Positions 1 through 10,283 of a DNA stretch of 64,000 bases are shown here, piece after piece. The stretch is from Methanomassiliicoccaceae archaeon (GTDB lineage Archaea; Thermoplasmatota; Thermoplasmata; Methanomassiliicoccales; Methanomassiliicoccaceae): the NCBI GenBank assembly GCA_040776945.1, contig JAXGZN010000002.1, positions 160,001 through 224,000 of the forward strand, given 5' to 3'. A program made the translations under genes and the position numbers. The notes beneath the pieces are model-generated. The model had not been told where the DNA came from. It saw only the letters and a list, made by a program, of their open reading frames with translations, and did no database searches. Every line of letters starts with the position of its first letter. Within the stretch, counting starts at the first letter, position 1.

Positions 1-1
1 G

Positions 2-661
2 GTCCTGGCGCTAACCAATCTCCACAACCCCTCAGGGGCCGTGCTCAGCGAGGACCGAACGGCAGGCCTGGTGGAGGGCGCGGACCGCAAGGGAGCCATG
101 GTCCTCAGCGACGAGGTGTATCGAGAGATGGCCTATGGACCGGTCCCCCGGGCAACGTTTCACTTCGGGGAGAACGCCGTTTCGGTCTCCAGCGTTACCA
201 AGCTCAACGGCCTGCGCGGGCTCCGGGCAGGATGGCTGATCGGAGCGCCGGACGTGGTCCGGAAGGTCGAGGCCGCCAGGATCTACACCTCCTACCGCCT
301 GCCGGCGATAACCTGCGAGTACGCCGCGGAGGCGGTCAAGCGGAGGGAATGGTTCAGGGAGAGGGCGCTTCGCACTGCGGAGAGGAACCTGCCCGAGCTC
401 AAAGGATGGCTTGAGAGCGAGCCTCGGATCGCATGCCGCCTTCCGGACGGGGCCTTGATGGCCCACCTTCGCCTTCCGCCGGGGATCGATGACCTGGACC
501 TAAGCGAGCGCCTGCTGGATTCCAAGGTGGCGGTCGGCCCTGGCCGCTACTGGGGGGCGCCCGGGACCATCAGAGTGACCTTCTCCTGCTCCCGGTCGGA
601 GCTGGCATCCGGACTGGGAGCGATATCCTCCATCCTGGACGCGATCGGCGCTCCAAGATGA
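2..661 (+). CDS. PLP-dependent aminotransferase class I/II, 5'-truncated by window edge
   Basis: Motifs NLHNPSG, LSDEVY and SSVTKLNGLRGLRAGW (PLP-lysine region). Confidence 0.85.
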   Translation, partial: VLALTNLHNPSGAVLSEDRTAGLVEGADRKGAMVLSDEVYREMAYGPVPRATFHFGENAVSVSSVTKLNGLRGLRAGWLIGAPDVVRKVEAARIYTSYRLPAITCEYAAEAVKRREWFRERALRTAERNLPELKGWLESEPRIACRLPDGALMAHLRLPPGIDDLDLSERLLDSKVAVGPGRYWGAPGTIRVTFSCSRSELASGLGAISSILDAIGAPR

Positions 662-671
662 GCGCAGCGGA

Positions 672-1499
672 TCAGGGGACCAGCGGCATGGCGCGGGGAT
701 AGGAGCCGAGCACCTTGACGAAAACGGCCCGCCTCACCAGGTCGGTGAGCGCGTCGGCCACCTTGGGATCGTTCACATGGCCGTCGATGTCCACGAAGAA
801 CACGTACTCCCATGCCCTTCCCTTCCGCGGTCGGGACTCCACCTTGGTCATATTGATGCCCCGCCCGGCGAAAGCGCCCATGGCCTCATAGAGAGCTCCC
901 GGAACGTTCCTGGTGGCAAAGGCCAGGGAGGTCTTGTCGCCGCGGTCGAGCAGATGCGAGGAGCGACGCAGCGCGAAGAACCTGGTGTAGTTCTCGTCGC
1001 TCCCCTGGATCCCTTCCCTCAGCACCTTCATCCCATACGCCTCGGCAGCCCGGCGGGAGGCGATGGCCGCCTCGTCCTTTATTCCGCGCTCCTTGATCAG
1101 CCGCACCGAACCAGCGGTGTCGAAGGCCGGGACCTTCTCCCATCCCGGATATCTGGCAAGAAAGCTTCGGCACTGTCCCAGAGCCTGAGGGTGCGAATAG
1201 ACGCGGACGATGTCCCCGATATCCGAACCGGGATGGGATATGAGGCAGTGGACCACTGGCACCAGCACCTCGCCGACGATCACCAGGTCGTTCTCCAGCA
1301 GCAGATCGTTCACGGCGGTGACGGAGCCCTCGATGGAGTTCTCCACCGGCACGATGCCGTGCTCCGCATCCCCCCGTTCCACAGCCCGGAACACCGACTC
1401 GAAGTCCGGGCAGGGCATGGTGTCCACTCCCGGGAAGAATGAGGCGGCGGCATCCTCGGAGAACGCTCCCTTCACTCCCTGGAACGCGACCTTGCTCAT
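672..1499 (-). CDS. pheA: prephenate dehydratase with ACT domain
   Basis: MSKVAFQGVKGAFSE, PVENSIEGSV, SHPQALGQC, NYTRF, TKVESRP; start taken at ATG 1499 rather than the longer ORF. Confidence 0.95.
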   Translation of the reverse strand: MSKVAFQGVKGAFSEDAAASFFPGVDTMPCPDFESVFRAVERGDAEHGIVPVENSIEGSVTAVNDLLLENDLVIVGEVLVPVVHCLISHPGSDIGDIVRVYSHPQALGQCRSFLARYPGWEKVPAFDTAGSVRLIKERGIKDEAAIASRRAAEAYGMKVLREGIQGSDENYTRFFALRRSSHLLDRGDKTSLAFATRNVPGALYEAMGAFAGRGINMTKVESRPRKGRAWEYVFFVDIDGHVNDPKVADALTDLVRRAVFVKVLGSYPRAMPLVP

Positions 1500-1501
1500 G
1501 G

Positions 1502-2869
1502 TCACCCGCCGAAGAACTCGCGGTGTATCGTCTTCGTGGTCTTCTCCAGGTCCTTGCGCTTCACCGTGAACGTCAAGGCCACGGTGGACGCTCCGGCGGA
1601 TATCAGGCTGATGTTGGTCCCGCTGCCGGCAACGATGCTGAACACCTTCCCTGCAATGCCCTCCTTCTGCCCCAGCCCTTCGCCCACCAGGCAAAGGAGC
1701 GCGACATCGCGGACCGTCTCCACGCGATCGACCACGCCCTTTTTCGCTTCGCTCATGACCTTCTCCGCCCTCTTCAGGTCCCGCTCCTCGATGAGCATGG
1801 ACACGCAGGTCTGGGACGTAGCCGCCGAGTAGACGTTGATGCCGGCCTCCGAGAGCAGGGTGGACATCTCGGACATCACTCCAGATTTCGAGCCGAGCCC
1901 CGCGCCGTAGACCTTGACCATGGCCATGTTGGGCATGCTAGATATGCTCTTTATGGTGCGGTTGCCCTCCACCCCCTTGGGGTTGATGGCAGTGCCCTCG
2001 TAGTCCGGCTTGAAGACGTTCTTCACCCGGATGGTGATTGCCTTGGCCCTCGCCGGTTCGACCGTCCGGGGATGCAGAACCTTGGCGCCGAAGTAGGAGA
2101 GCTCGGCCGCCTCCTCGTAGGACAGCTGGCCGATGGGCACCGCCTCGGGCACGACCTTGGGGTCGGCGGACATGAACCCGTCGACGTCCTTCCATATCTC
2201 CAGGCTGTCCGCGTCGATGGCATTGGCTATCACGCTGGCGCTGTAGTCCGTGCCGTTTCGCCCGAGGAGGGTGATGAAGCCCTCGTGGGTCTTTCCGAAG
2301 AAGCCGGTGACCACCGGGGTCTCCTGCCTCTTGAACATCTCATAGATGCGGGGAGCGATGTTGCTCCTCGTGGTCTCCATGTCCACGGTGGCCGAGCCGA
2401 ACGTGCCGTCAGTGACGATCCCCAGATCATCGGCCTCCACGGGAACGGCGTTGACCCCCATCTCCTGAAGCATGGCCGCCATGACGATGACGCTCATTCG
2501 CTCTCCGAAGGACTGCACCAGGTCCCTGGTCCTAGGGGTCAGCTCCTCGAGGTAGATGATGCCGTACAGGATGCGCTCCAGGCGGACCAGCCGCGCGGTG
2601 AGCTGGCTGACCGCGGTCTGTTTTACGTCCATGCTCCCGGCGACCTCGGTAAGCAGCTTGAGGTGGCGGTCCTTCAGCGTCCTCACGAACTGCTGCACCT
2701 CCTCTTCCCGGCGGACCCTGGACATGAAGTCCAGGAGCGAGTCGGTTATCCCCTGTATTGCCGACACCACTATGACCTTCTCCTCTTTGTCGGAGGCTAT
2801 GATCTCGCCCACGCTCATCATGCTGGCACCGTCCTTCAGCGAGGACCCTCCGAACTTCTGGACCTTCAT
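1502..2869 (-). CDS. lysC: aspartate kinase
   Basis: KFGGSS, LLGRNGTDYSA, WKDVDGFMSADP, FGAKVLHP, two C-terminal ACT domains. Confidence 0.95.
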   Translation of the reverse strand: MKVQKFGGSSLKDGASMMSVGEIIASDKEEKVIVVSAIQGITDSLLDFMSRVRREEEVQQFVRTLKDRHLKLLTEVAGSMDVKQTAVSQLTARLVRLERILYGIIYLEELTPRTRDLVQSFGERMSVIVMAAMLQEMGVNAVPVEADDLGIVTDGTFGSATVDMETTRSNIAPRIYEMFKRQETPVVTGFFGKTHEGFITLLGRNGTDYSASVIANAIDADSLEIWKDVDGFMSADPKVVPEAVPIGQLSYEEAAELSYFGAKVLHPRTVEPARAKAITIRVKNVFKPDYEGTAINPKGVEGNRTIKSISSMPNMAMVKVYGAGLGSKSGVMSEMSTLLSEAGINVYSAATSQTCVSMLIEERDLKRAEKVMSEAKKGVVDRVETVRDVALLCLVGEGLGQKEGIAGKVFSIVAGSGTNISLISAGASTVALTFTVKRKDLEKTTKTIHREFFGG

Positions 2870-3525
2870 CCTTTCCTGACCCTCCGTATGATGTCCTTTG
2901 GGATCCGATTCACGCAGATCTCCGCCTCATCGCGGGTCAGCCCGGCGCCCATGGCTATATGCACCGCGCGCTCCTCGGAGATAAGGTCGTCGGGCGAATG
3001 GGTATCGGTGTTCACGACCATCTTGGCATCGACCTTGCGGGCCATTCGGACCACATGCCCATTTGTCATAGCGTGCCACGGCCTCGAGGTGATCTCCAGC
3101 ACCACTCCGTTGTCGGAGGCGGCCTGGGCGTCCTCCATGGTGATGAAGCCGGGATGCGCAAGTATGTTCACGTCGGGATTGTTCACCGCCGCGCGGTTCG
3201 TTCCCTTCTCCACCGGTTCGGCGATCGTTTCCCCATGGACGACGATTATCTCCGCCCCGGCCTTCTTGGCCATCTTGATCACGGAATCCATCTTGGCGGC
3301 GGGGATGTGCGTGAGCTCGACCCCTACCAGCATGTCCAATCCCCATTCCGCCGCCAGGGGGATGGCCTTTTTAGTTTCCTTTATCAGGCGGTGGATGTTG
3401 GTGGTGTCCGCATGATCGGTCACCGCGATGGCCTCGTGCTTCATGACCGCGGCCCGTCTGGCAAGCTCGATGGGCAGCAGTTCGCCGTCGCTGTGGAGCG
3501 TGTGCATGTGAAGGTCTATCCTCAT
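2866..3525 (-). CDS. PHP-family phosphoesterase, probable histidinol-phosphate phosphatase
   Basis: [17 protein letters not shown] and NTDTH PHP motifs; lies inside the his operon. Confidence 0.8.
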   Translation of the reverse strand: MRIDLHMHTLHSDGELLPIELARRAAVMKHEAIAVTDHADTTNIHRLIKETKKAIPLAAEWGLDMLVGVELTHIPAAKMDSVIKMAKKAGAEIIVVHGETIAEPVEKGTNRAAVNNPDVNILAHPGFITMEDAQAASDNGVVLEITSRPWHAMTNGHVVRMARKVDAKMVVNTDTHSPDDLISEERAVHIAMGAGLTRDEAEICVNRIPKDIIRRVRKG

Positions 3526-4136
3526 CTCTTTGCCCCCTTGTGCCTTTCGGAAAGCTTCCTGAACACCTCGGACATGGGAAGGTCGAGGAACTCATAAAGG
3601 ACCATCTGGTGGTAGATCAGGTCGGCGGCCTCCCAGATCTCGCCGTTCCGGTCCTTGCCCTTCCCCGCGATGGCGAGCTCTCCGGCCTCCTCCACCACCT
3701 TCTTCAACACCTTGTCCTCGTCGGACAGCAGCTGGTTGGTGTAGCTGCCCGGCCGAGGGCTCTCCTTGCGGTCGCGGATGATCCTCCTCAGCTCCGGGAT
3801 GATGGAAGCGGTGCCGTCCAGGGAACCGTACAGCACCTCGTCGAAGCAGGACGGCCGGTCCAGGTGGCAGGCGTTGCCCGTCTGCTTCACTCTGATGAGC
3901 AAAGTGTCGTTATCACAGTCCGTCTGGATGCTCACGATGTCCTGAACATGGCCGGATTCCTCGCCCTTCATCCACAGCCTCTGCCGGGAGCGGGACCAGA
4001 AGTGGGTCCGGCCGGTGGACAGCATGAGGTTGTACGACTCGAGGTTGGCCCAGGCCATCATCAGGACCTCGTTGGTCTCCGCGTCCTGCACGATCGCGGG
4101 GATGAGCCCGTCATCATCGAACCTTAGGCCGGTCAC
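3522..4136 (-). CDS. hisIE: bifunctional phosphoribosyl-AMP cyclohydrolase/phosphoribosyl-ATP pyrophosphatase
   Basis: [30 protein letters not shown], then [20 protein letters not shown]. Confidence 0.95.
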   Translation of the reverse strand: MTGLRFDDDGLIPAIVQDAETNEVLMMAWANLESYNLMLSTGRTHFWSRSRQRLWMKGEESGHVQDIVSIQTDCDNDTLLIRVKQTGNACHLDRPSCFDEVLYGSLDGTASIIPELRRIIRDRKESPRPGSYTNQLLSDEDKVLKKVVEEAGELAIAGKGKDRNGEIWEAADLIYHQMVLYEFLDLPMSEVFRKLSERHKGAKR

Positions 4137-4885
4137 CGCACCAGCACCCCCCGGTCCGCGAGGTATCTCTTAACATCGCCAACGGTGTAGGTGCCGTAGT
4201 GGAAGATAGAGGCCGCCAGGGCGGCCGAGGCATTGGTCTGCTCGAACACCTGATAGATGTGCTCCGGGCCCCCGCATCCGCCAGAGGCGATGACCGGGAT
4301 GTCCACGCTGTCCGCCACGAGCTGCGTGAGCTTGATGTCGTACCCTTTTGTCGTGCCGTCGGCGTCCATGCTGGTGAGCAGGATCTCTCCGGCCCCCCGG
4401 TCCTGCATCTCATAGGCCCAGTCGGCGGCGTCATGCTCGGTGCGCTGCCTTCCGCCGTGGGTGTACACCTTCCATCCACGCCCCTCGCGCTTTGCGTCGA
4501 TCGCCACAACCACGCACTGGCTGCCGAAGTCCTCGGCACATGCGGTGATAAGCACAGGATCATGGACCGCAGCAGTGTTCACCGAGACCTTGTCGGCCCC
4601 GGCGTTGAGCGCCAGCCTCATGTCCTCCTTGGTGCGTATGCCTCCGCCCACGGTCAGCGGGACGAACAGCCCCTCCGCGGTACGCTCCACGACTTCCAGG
4701 AGCGTCTTCCTGGCGTCAGAGGTGGCGGTGATGTCCAGGAACACTATCTCGTCAGCGCCTTGCCGCTCGTACTCCATGGCCAGGTCCGGAGGGTACCCTA
4801 CTCCCTCCAGGTTCTGGAACTTGACCCCTTTGACCACTCGGCCCTCGGTGACGTCCAGACAGGGAATGATCCTCTTGGTCAGCAT
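4133..4885 (-). CDS. hisF: imidazole glycerol phosphate synthase cyclase subunit
   Basis: [32 protein letters not shown]. Confidence 0.97.
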   Translation of the reverse strand: MLTKRIIPCLDVTEGRVVKGVKFQNLEGVGYPPDLAMEYERQGADEIVFLDITATSDARKTLLEVVERTAEGLFVPLTVGGGIRTKEDMRLALNAGADKVSVNTAAVHDPVLITACAEDFGSQCVVVAIDAKREGRGWKVYTHGGRQRTEHDAADWAYEMQDRGAGEILLTSMDADGTTKGYDIKLTQLVADSVDIPVIASGGCGGPEHIYQVFEQTNASAALAASIFHYGTYTVGDVKRYLADRGVLVR

Positions 4886-4886
4886 C

Positions 4887-5435
4887 CTAGCCGCTCCCGA
4901 ACCTCACAGTGTCCTTGGTGCTCAGTACGTTCTCCCGCGGGACGATGGCCTTCCTCAGCGCGGTGCCCAGGGCCTTGAAGGTGGCCTCGACGACATGGTG
5001 CTCGTCGATCCCACGCTCGATGATGGCGTGCAGGGTGATGCCGGAGGACATGGCGAACGAGCGGAGGAAGTGCGCGTAGAGCGCGTCCGGGCATTCGGCA
5101 TCGCAGTAAGGGCGGTCCACTATGTCCAGCGCCACGGTCACCAACGCATCGTCCATGGGCACCATGGCCGAGGCGATGCGGTCCACGGGAACATCCCCCA
5201 AGGCCTGCCGGAACGCCGTGCCCAGCGCGATGGCCACATCCTCCACCAAGTGATGGAGGTTGTCACCGCTCGCCTCCAGCGTCAGGTCGAACGACGCGTA
5301 CCGGGCGAGGGTCTCCAGCATGTGCCGGAGGAACTGCTCTTCCACGGTCACATCGGACCGTCCGGCGCCGTCCAGGCGCAGTGACAAGGAGATCGAGGTC
5401 TCCTTGGTCTTCCGCGTCAGCTTTGCCTCTCTCAT
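4887..5435 (-). CDS. hisB: imidazoleglycerol-phosphate dehydratase
   Basis: [28 protein letters not shown]; ATGA overlap with hisA stop. Confidence 0.93.
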   Translation of the reverse strand: MREAKLTRKTKETSISLSLRLDGAGRSDVTVEEQFLRHMLETLARYASFDLTLEASGDNLHHLVEDVAIALGTAFRQALGDVPVDRIASAMVPMDDALVTVALDIVDRPYCDAECPDALYAHFLRSFAMSSGITLHAIIERGIDEHHVVEATFKALGTALRKAIVPRENVLSTKDTVRFGSG

Positions 5436-6136
5436 CGCTTCCATACCTCCTCAGGCCTGATAGTGCCCTGATACAGCGCCAGGCCGACGACCGCTGACCT
5501 CACGCCGATGTCCTCGAGGGCGGCAAGGTCGTTCACAGTGGTGACGCCTCCGGAGGCGATCACGTCGTGGGGGCACATTTCCACGAACCGCCTCATCTCC
5601 TCGATATCGATCCCTTTGGCCTTGCCCTCAACGTTGACGTTGGTGTGGAGCACTCCTGCCAGTGGCAGCCCCTCCGTGCTCCGGAGCGTTTCGCGGAGCC
5701 TGCTCTCCGAGGACTCCTTCCAACCTTTGAGCTGGATCCTCCCGTCCTTTGTGTCGACCGCCAGCACCACCTTGTTCCGGTTGGTCCGGGCCAGGTCCTG
5801 GAACCATTCAGGGTCGGTGATGGCCCTGGTGCCCACCACAACCCTGGAGGCGCCAAGGGCGAGAAGGGTCTGGACAGCCTCGGTGGTGCGGATGCCCCCA
5901 CCGACCTGGAGGGGGACCTTGACCTTGGACATGATGGATGTGATGGCCCCGAAGTTATCGCCTCTCCCCATGGCCGCGTTCAGGTCGACCAAATGTATGG
6001 CTGGCGCGCCCTTGCCCTCCCAGTCGAGAGCGACCTCCCGAGGGTCGGGAAGGGAAACCTTCTCGGTGCCCGGCCTTCCGCCAACCAGCTGCACGGCCTT
6101 TCCGTCCAATATGTCCACTGCCGGTAATACCATCAT
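5432..6136 (-). CDS. hisA: ProFAR isomerase
   Basis: PAVDILDGKAVQL, HLVDL, QVGGGIR, IASGGV. Confidence 0.93.
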   Translation of the reverse strand: MMVLPAVDILDGKAVQLVGGRPGTEKVSLPDPREVALDWEGKGAPAIHLVDLNAAMGRGDNFGAITSIMSKVKVPLQVGGGIRTTEAVQTLLALGASRVVVGTRAITDPEWFQDLARTNRNKVVLAVDTKDGRIQLKGWKESSESRLRETLRSTEGLPLAGVLHTNVNVEGKAKGIDIEEMRRFVEMCPHDVIASGGVTTVNDLAALEDIGVRSAVVGLALYQGTIRPEEVWKR

Positions 6137-6777
6137 AGCTTGGCCTCGATGAATTTGACGAAGTTCCTCAGGAAGGTCGCCCCTGACGCGCTGCTTTTTT
6201 CCGGGTGGAATTGCACTCCGAGCACATTCTTTTTTCTGAACGCGGAGGGGAACTCCCCGAAATAATCGGTCCGAGCGATGGCCACATCCTCCTCCGGGCG
6301 GCCGTGGAAGGAATGCGCGAAGTAGAAGTACGGAGAGGTCACGCCGTCGAAGAAGCGATCATCGGAGCGGACCTTGTTCCATCCCATGTGCGGAACCCGC
6401 TCCGCCTTTAACTTGACCACCTGCCCCTTGATGAACCCAAGCCCCGGGCCTCTCCCCTCCTCGCTGCCCTCGAACAATATCTGGGCGCCGACGCAGATGC
6501 CCAGGCACGGGGTGCCGGATTCGAGCCGGTCGAGGATGATGTCACGATAGGGAAGCAGGCGCTCCATGGCGCTGTCGAACGCGCCGACCCCAGGGAGGAC
6601 GATGACCTCCGCGCTCAGCAGGTTGCGCATGTTCGACTCTACGACCGGCCTCGCTCCCGCCAGCTCCAGCGCCTTGCGGATGGAGTGGAGGTTGCCAACC
6701 CCATAGTCGGCCACCGATACCCGGACCTTAGGCCGCTGGCCGATGCGGTACGAGTCCGTCTCCTCCGGATACTTCAC
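6133..6777 (-). CDS. hisH: imidazole glycerol phosphate synthase glutamine amidotransferase subunit
   Basis: DYGVGNL, LPGVGAF, GICVGAQ, PHMGWN, QFHPEKS; GTG start overlapping the hisC stop is assumed. Confidence 0.93.
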   Translation of the reverse strand: MKYPEETDSYRIGQRPKVRVSVADYGVGNLHSIRKALELAGARPVVESNMRNLLSAEVIVLPGVGAFDSAMERLLPYRDIILDRLESGTPCLGICVGAQILFEGSEEGRGPGLGFIKGQVVKLKAERVPHMGWNKVRSDDRFFDGVTSPYFYFAHSFHGRPEEDVAIARTDYFGEFPSAFRKKNVLGVQFHPEKSSASGATFLRNFVKFIEAKL

Positions 6778-7838
6778 CGATCTCCTGATCCTTCCCAATC
6801 CTCGGTCACCTCCTTCAGCTTGAGGAGCAGCATATCGTTCAGCTCCCTGGTGCCGATGGTCGTCCGGACGCAATCCTCCAGCATCCGCAGGTGGCCGAAG
6901 TCCCGAATGAGCACGCCCTTTTCGGCCAGCCTCCTTACGAGGTCGGAAGAGGGTCTGGGGCTGCGGAACATGATGAAGTTGCTCTCTGACGGGAAGGTCT
7001 TGAAGCCCAGACCGGCCAGTCCGGAGGCTAGCCTGCTCCTCTCCTCGCGCACCAGGCCCACCGCCGCGTCCACGTAGGACGTGTTCTTCAGCGCGGCGAT
7101 GGCGGTCAGTTCGCTCACCCGGTCCAGCGAGTAGGGTATCTTCACCCGCTGCATGACCCCGGCCATCTTCAGGTTGGAGGCCATGTATCCGACCCGGAAG
7201 CCCGCGAGCCCGTACGCCTTGGAGAACGTTCGGGTGACGATGAGGTTCTCGAACTCATCCACCCGGGACATGAACGATTCACGGGCGAACTCCCCGTAGG
7301 CCTCGTCCACGATCACCGGGCCGTCGTGCTCCCGGACCACCCGCTCCACGTCCCGGTGGTGGAAGCAGTTGGCGGTGGGATTGTTTGGCGTGCACAGGAT
7401 GATCATCTTCCCCCTCGCGTCCAGGAGAGCATCGGGGTCCAGTTGGAACCCCTGCCCGAGATCGGCGGTGATGAAGCGGCCGCCATTTACCTTGACGAAG
7501 AAGCTGTGGAGGACATAGGATGGGTACGGGGCCACCACGGTCTCCCCCGGTTCCATGAAGGACTTGAAGGCGACATCCAAAGCCTCGTCCGATCCGTTGC
7601 CGACCACGAAGTTGTCCGCCTCCAGCCCATATTTCTCGGCCAGCGCCGCCCGCAGTTCGTCTGAGTACGGCGTCGGGTATTGGTTAAGGTCGAGGTCCAT
7701 GCACCTCGCGAGAACGTCCTTCACCACGGTGTTCGGGCCCAGAACGTTCACCGAGGTGTCCATGCGCACCGCCTTGACCTTTGGATTGTAGTAGAGCGGA
7801 ATGTCCCGCACGGTGGACCTGACCCACGATTCGTTCAT
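6774..7838 (-). CDS. hisC: histidinol-phosphate aminotransferase
   Basis: GNGSDE, PNNPT, VDEAYGEF, RTFSKAYGLAGFRVGY. Confidence 0.95.
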   Translation of the reverse strand: MNESWVRSTVRDIPLYYNPKVKAVRMDTSVNVLGPNTVVKDVLARCMDLDLNQYPTPYSDELRAALAEKYGLEADNFVVGNGSDEALDVAFKSFMEPGETVVAPYPSYVLHSFFVKVNGGRFITADLGQGFQLDPDALLDARGKMIILCTPNNPTANCFHHRDVERVVREHDGPVIVDEAYGEFARESFMSRVDEFENLIVTRTFSKAYGLAGFRVGYMASNLKMAGVMQRVKIPYSLDRVSELTAIAALKNTSYVDAAVGLVREERSRLASGLAGLGFKTFPSESNFIMFRSPRPSSDLVRRLAEKGVLIRDFGHLRMLEDCVRTTIGTRELNDMLLLKLKEVTEDWEGSGDR

Positions 7839-7847
7839 CCGCTCACC

Positions 7848-8711
7848 TCAAGGCACCATGCGATCTATGGGGACGATCAGTATGCCCGTGGCCCCCAGAC
7901 GCTTCAGCTTGTTCACCGACTGATAGATGGCGGTCTTGTCCACCACCACATGGATCGCGACCACGTCGTCCCTGCCCATCAGGCTCATGACCGTGGGACC
8001 GGCTATCCCAGGCAGGAAGTGGCGCACATCTTCCAGGGCGTCGACGGGCACGTCGGCCATGAGGTATCGCTTACCCTCGGCGTCCATGACGGAGCGGATC
8101 GCTGAGGCCAGCTCCTCCAGCTCGGCCCCTTTGGTCCTCATCGCCTCCCGGTTGGCTATCAGCACCGCCTGGGACTCGGCGATCACCGCGATCTCCTTCA
8201 GACGGTTGGTCTTCAGGGTGCTTCCGCTGGACACCAGGTCCACGATGAGGTTCGCAACGCCCAGGTGGGGGGTGACCTCCGCCGCTCCGGATATCACGGT
8301 GACGTCGACCTTCTTGCCCCGCGACTCAAAGTACTTCTGGGTCAGGTGGGGGAACGAGGTGGCGACCATCGAACCGTCGGGGACGTCCTCGACCCGGTCG
8401 ATGCCCTGCCCTTCGGGGACGGCGACCGAAAGGCGGCACCTCCCGAAGCCCATGTCCAAGAGCTTGTGCACCTCAAGGCCGGACTCCAGCACGAGGTCGT
8501 AACCGGTGATGCCCATGTCCACCGCTCCATTGTGGACGAACCTCACAATGTCCTGGGCCCTCAGGAACATGACCGAGAGGTCGCCGTTCTTAACGTTGGC
8601 ATATAGCTTCCTGTCCCCCCCGTCCTCGATCTCCAGGCCGGCCTGGTTCAGGATCTGGATGGACCGCTCGTTCAACCGCCCCTTGTTCGGCACGGCCAGT
8701 TTGATGGACAT
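7848..8711 (-). CDS. hisG: ATP phosphoribosyltransferase, long form
   Basis: AVPNKGRL, RAQDI, DLVSSGSTL, C-terminal regulatory domain; AGGTGA RBS before ATG 8711. Confidence 0.95.
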   Translation of the reverse strand: MSIKLAVPNKGRLNERSIQILNQAGLEIEDGGDRKLYANVKNGDLSVMFLRAQDIVRFVHNGAVDMGITGYDLVLESGLEVHKLLDMGFGRCRLSVAVPEGQGIDRVEDVPDGSMVATSFPHLTQKYFESRGKKVDVTVISGAAEVTPHLGVANLIVDLVSSGSTLKTNRLKEIAVIAESQAVLIANREAMRTKGAELEELASAIRSVMDAEGKRYLMADVPVDALEDVRHFLPGIAGPTVMSLMGRDDVVAIHVVVDKTAIYQSVNKLKRLGATGILIVPIDRMVP

Positions 8712-8857
8712 CACTTCACCTTTCAAAGCGTCAGAGGTGATATCCTATCCTCATTTATAACATATGGGATTTTTCCAGGCGGTCCAGCAGCCCTGTTCCC
8801 TTCTTTCCCGCCGGCGGCAACATATATCTCCGTTCAGCTTCATTTTATTATTCCGCA

Positions 8858-10273
8858 ATGAAGGTGATGCTCGCCACCCCGCCGTGGAGGTCGACCGAGC
8901 GTTGGCCGCCGCTGGGGCTGCTGTACCTTGCCGGAAGCGTGAAGAGGGAGCGAGGGGACGATGTAGTGGTGGAGGACGCCTTCTGCCGCAACCTGTCCGT
9001 GGATCAGTTGGTGGAACGCGTTGCGGCCGAGCGCCCGGACGTGCTGGGGATGAGCTGCTCCACCCACACCTTCAACGTCACGATGGACGTGCTTAGAGGA
9101 GTGAGAGAGACCCTTCCGGACACGGTCATCGTTCTGGGCGGGTACCATGCTACCTTCGCCGCCCCGTGGATCCTTGAGGGGTACAAGTTCATCGAATACA
9201 TATTGAAGGGGGAGGCGGAACGCTCTCTGCCTCGGCTGCTGGACCATATCGAGGCGGGCACCGAGCCGGTGGACGTGGAGGGCATATCCTTCATCCGTGC
9301 TGACGGAGGGCTGTTCGAACGGCCGCTGGCCCTCATCGAGGACCTTGACGCCCTCGACTTCCCGGACCGATCGCTGCTGGGAGACTTCGAGTATGGGTAC
9401 GTGTTCCGCGGCGTGCCCCTGACCTTCGGGAAGTTCACTACGATGTCCACGTCCCGGGGGTGTCCGTTCTCATGCGCATACTGCTCGTGCGCCGCCTTCT
9501 CCGAGCGGCGGTGGAGGCCGCGCTCCGCGGAGAGCGTGGTGGACGAACTGGAGGTTCTCTACCGCCAGGGCTACCGCGAGTGCGTGATGGTCGACGACAA
9601 CTTCACCCAGGCGATACGCCGTGTCGAGGACATCTGCCGCCTTGTACGGGAGCGCGGCATACGCATGAGGCTGTTCTGCGAGGGCCGCGCTGGCCATGCT
9701 CAGCTATCGCTGCTGAGGAAGATGAGGTCCGCGGGCTTCGAGGTCATCTACTTCGGCGCGGAATCGTCCTCCCCCAAGGTCCTTGATTATTACAACAAGA
9801 GGCAGACCCCAGAGCGGACGGCCGAGGCGGTGGACAACGCCAAGCGGGCGGGCATGCTGGTGATCACCTCGTACATCCTGGGGGCCCCGATCGAGACCCG
9901 GGAGGAGATGCTATCGACGATAGACTTTGCGTGCTCCCTCCGCCCCCACGGGGTGCAGTACAACATCCTGGACCTTTTGGTCGGCACTCCGCTGTGGGAA
10001 CGGCTGGCGGAGGCCGGCACGATCGGAGCCGAGGACTGGAGGACCAATCATCGGGTTTACGAGATGTTTCCAGAGAACGCATCCCGGGAGGAACTGGAGG
10101 CACTGATCGACAAGGGATACAGCTCATACATCGGAGCCTGGAGAAGTGCCTCGGGCATCATGGAGCTGCTGCGCACATTGTTGATCAACTCGACCGCCCG
10201 CAGGATCGTGGCCGGGAATCTCGCCAATCCTGCAGCGAGGAAGCTGATAGCTAGCGGCCTCAGGGACCGCTGA
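8858..10273 (+). CDS. cobalamin-binding radical SAM protein (class B type)
   Basis: N-terminal PPLGLLYLA and LGGYHAT B12-binding domain; TSRGCPFSCAYC (CxxxCxxC); DDNFT; GAES. Confidence 0.9.
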   Translation: MKVMLATPPWRSTERWPPLGLLYLAGSVKRERGDDVVVEDAFCRNLSVDQLVERVAAERPDVLGMSCSTHTFNVTMDVLRGVRETLPDTVIVLGGYHATFAAPWILEGYKFIEYILKGEAERSLPRLLDHIEAGTEPVDVEGISFIRADGGLFERPLALIEDLDALDFPDRSLLGDFEYGYVFRGVPLTFGKFTTMSTSRGCPFSCAYCSCAAFSERRWRPRSAESVVDELEVLYRQGYRECVMVDDNFTQAIRRVEDICRLVRERGIRMRLFCEGRAGHAQLSLLRKMRSAGFEVIYFGAESSSPKVLDYYNKRQTPERTAEAVDNAKRAGMLVITSYILGAPIETREEMLSTIDFACSLRPHGVQYNILDLLVGTPLWERLAEAGTIGAEDWRTNHRVYEMFPENASREELEALIDKGYSSYIGAWRSASGIMELLRTLLINSTARRIVAGNLANPAARKLIASGLRDR

Positions 10274-10283
10274 TCCTCGGTGC

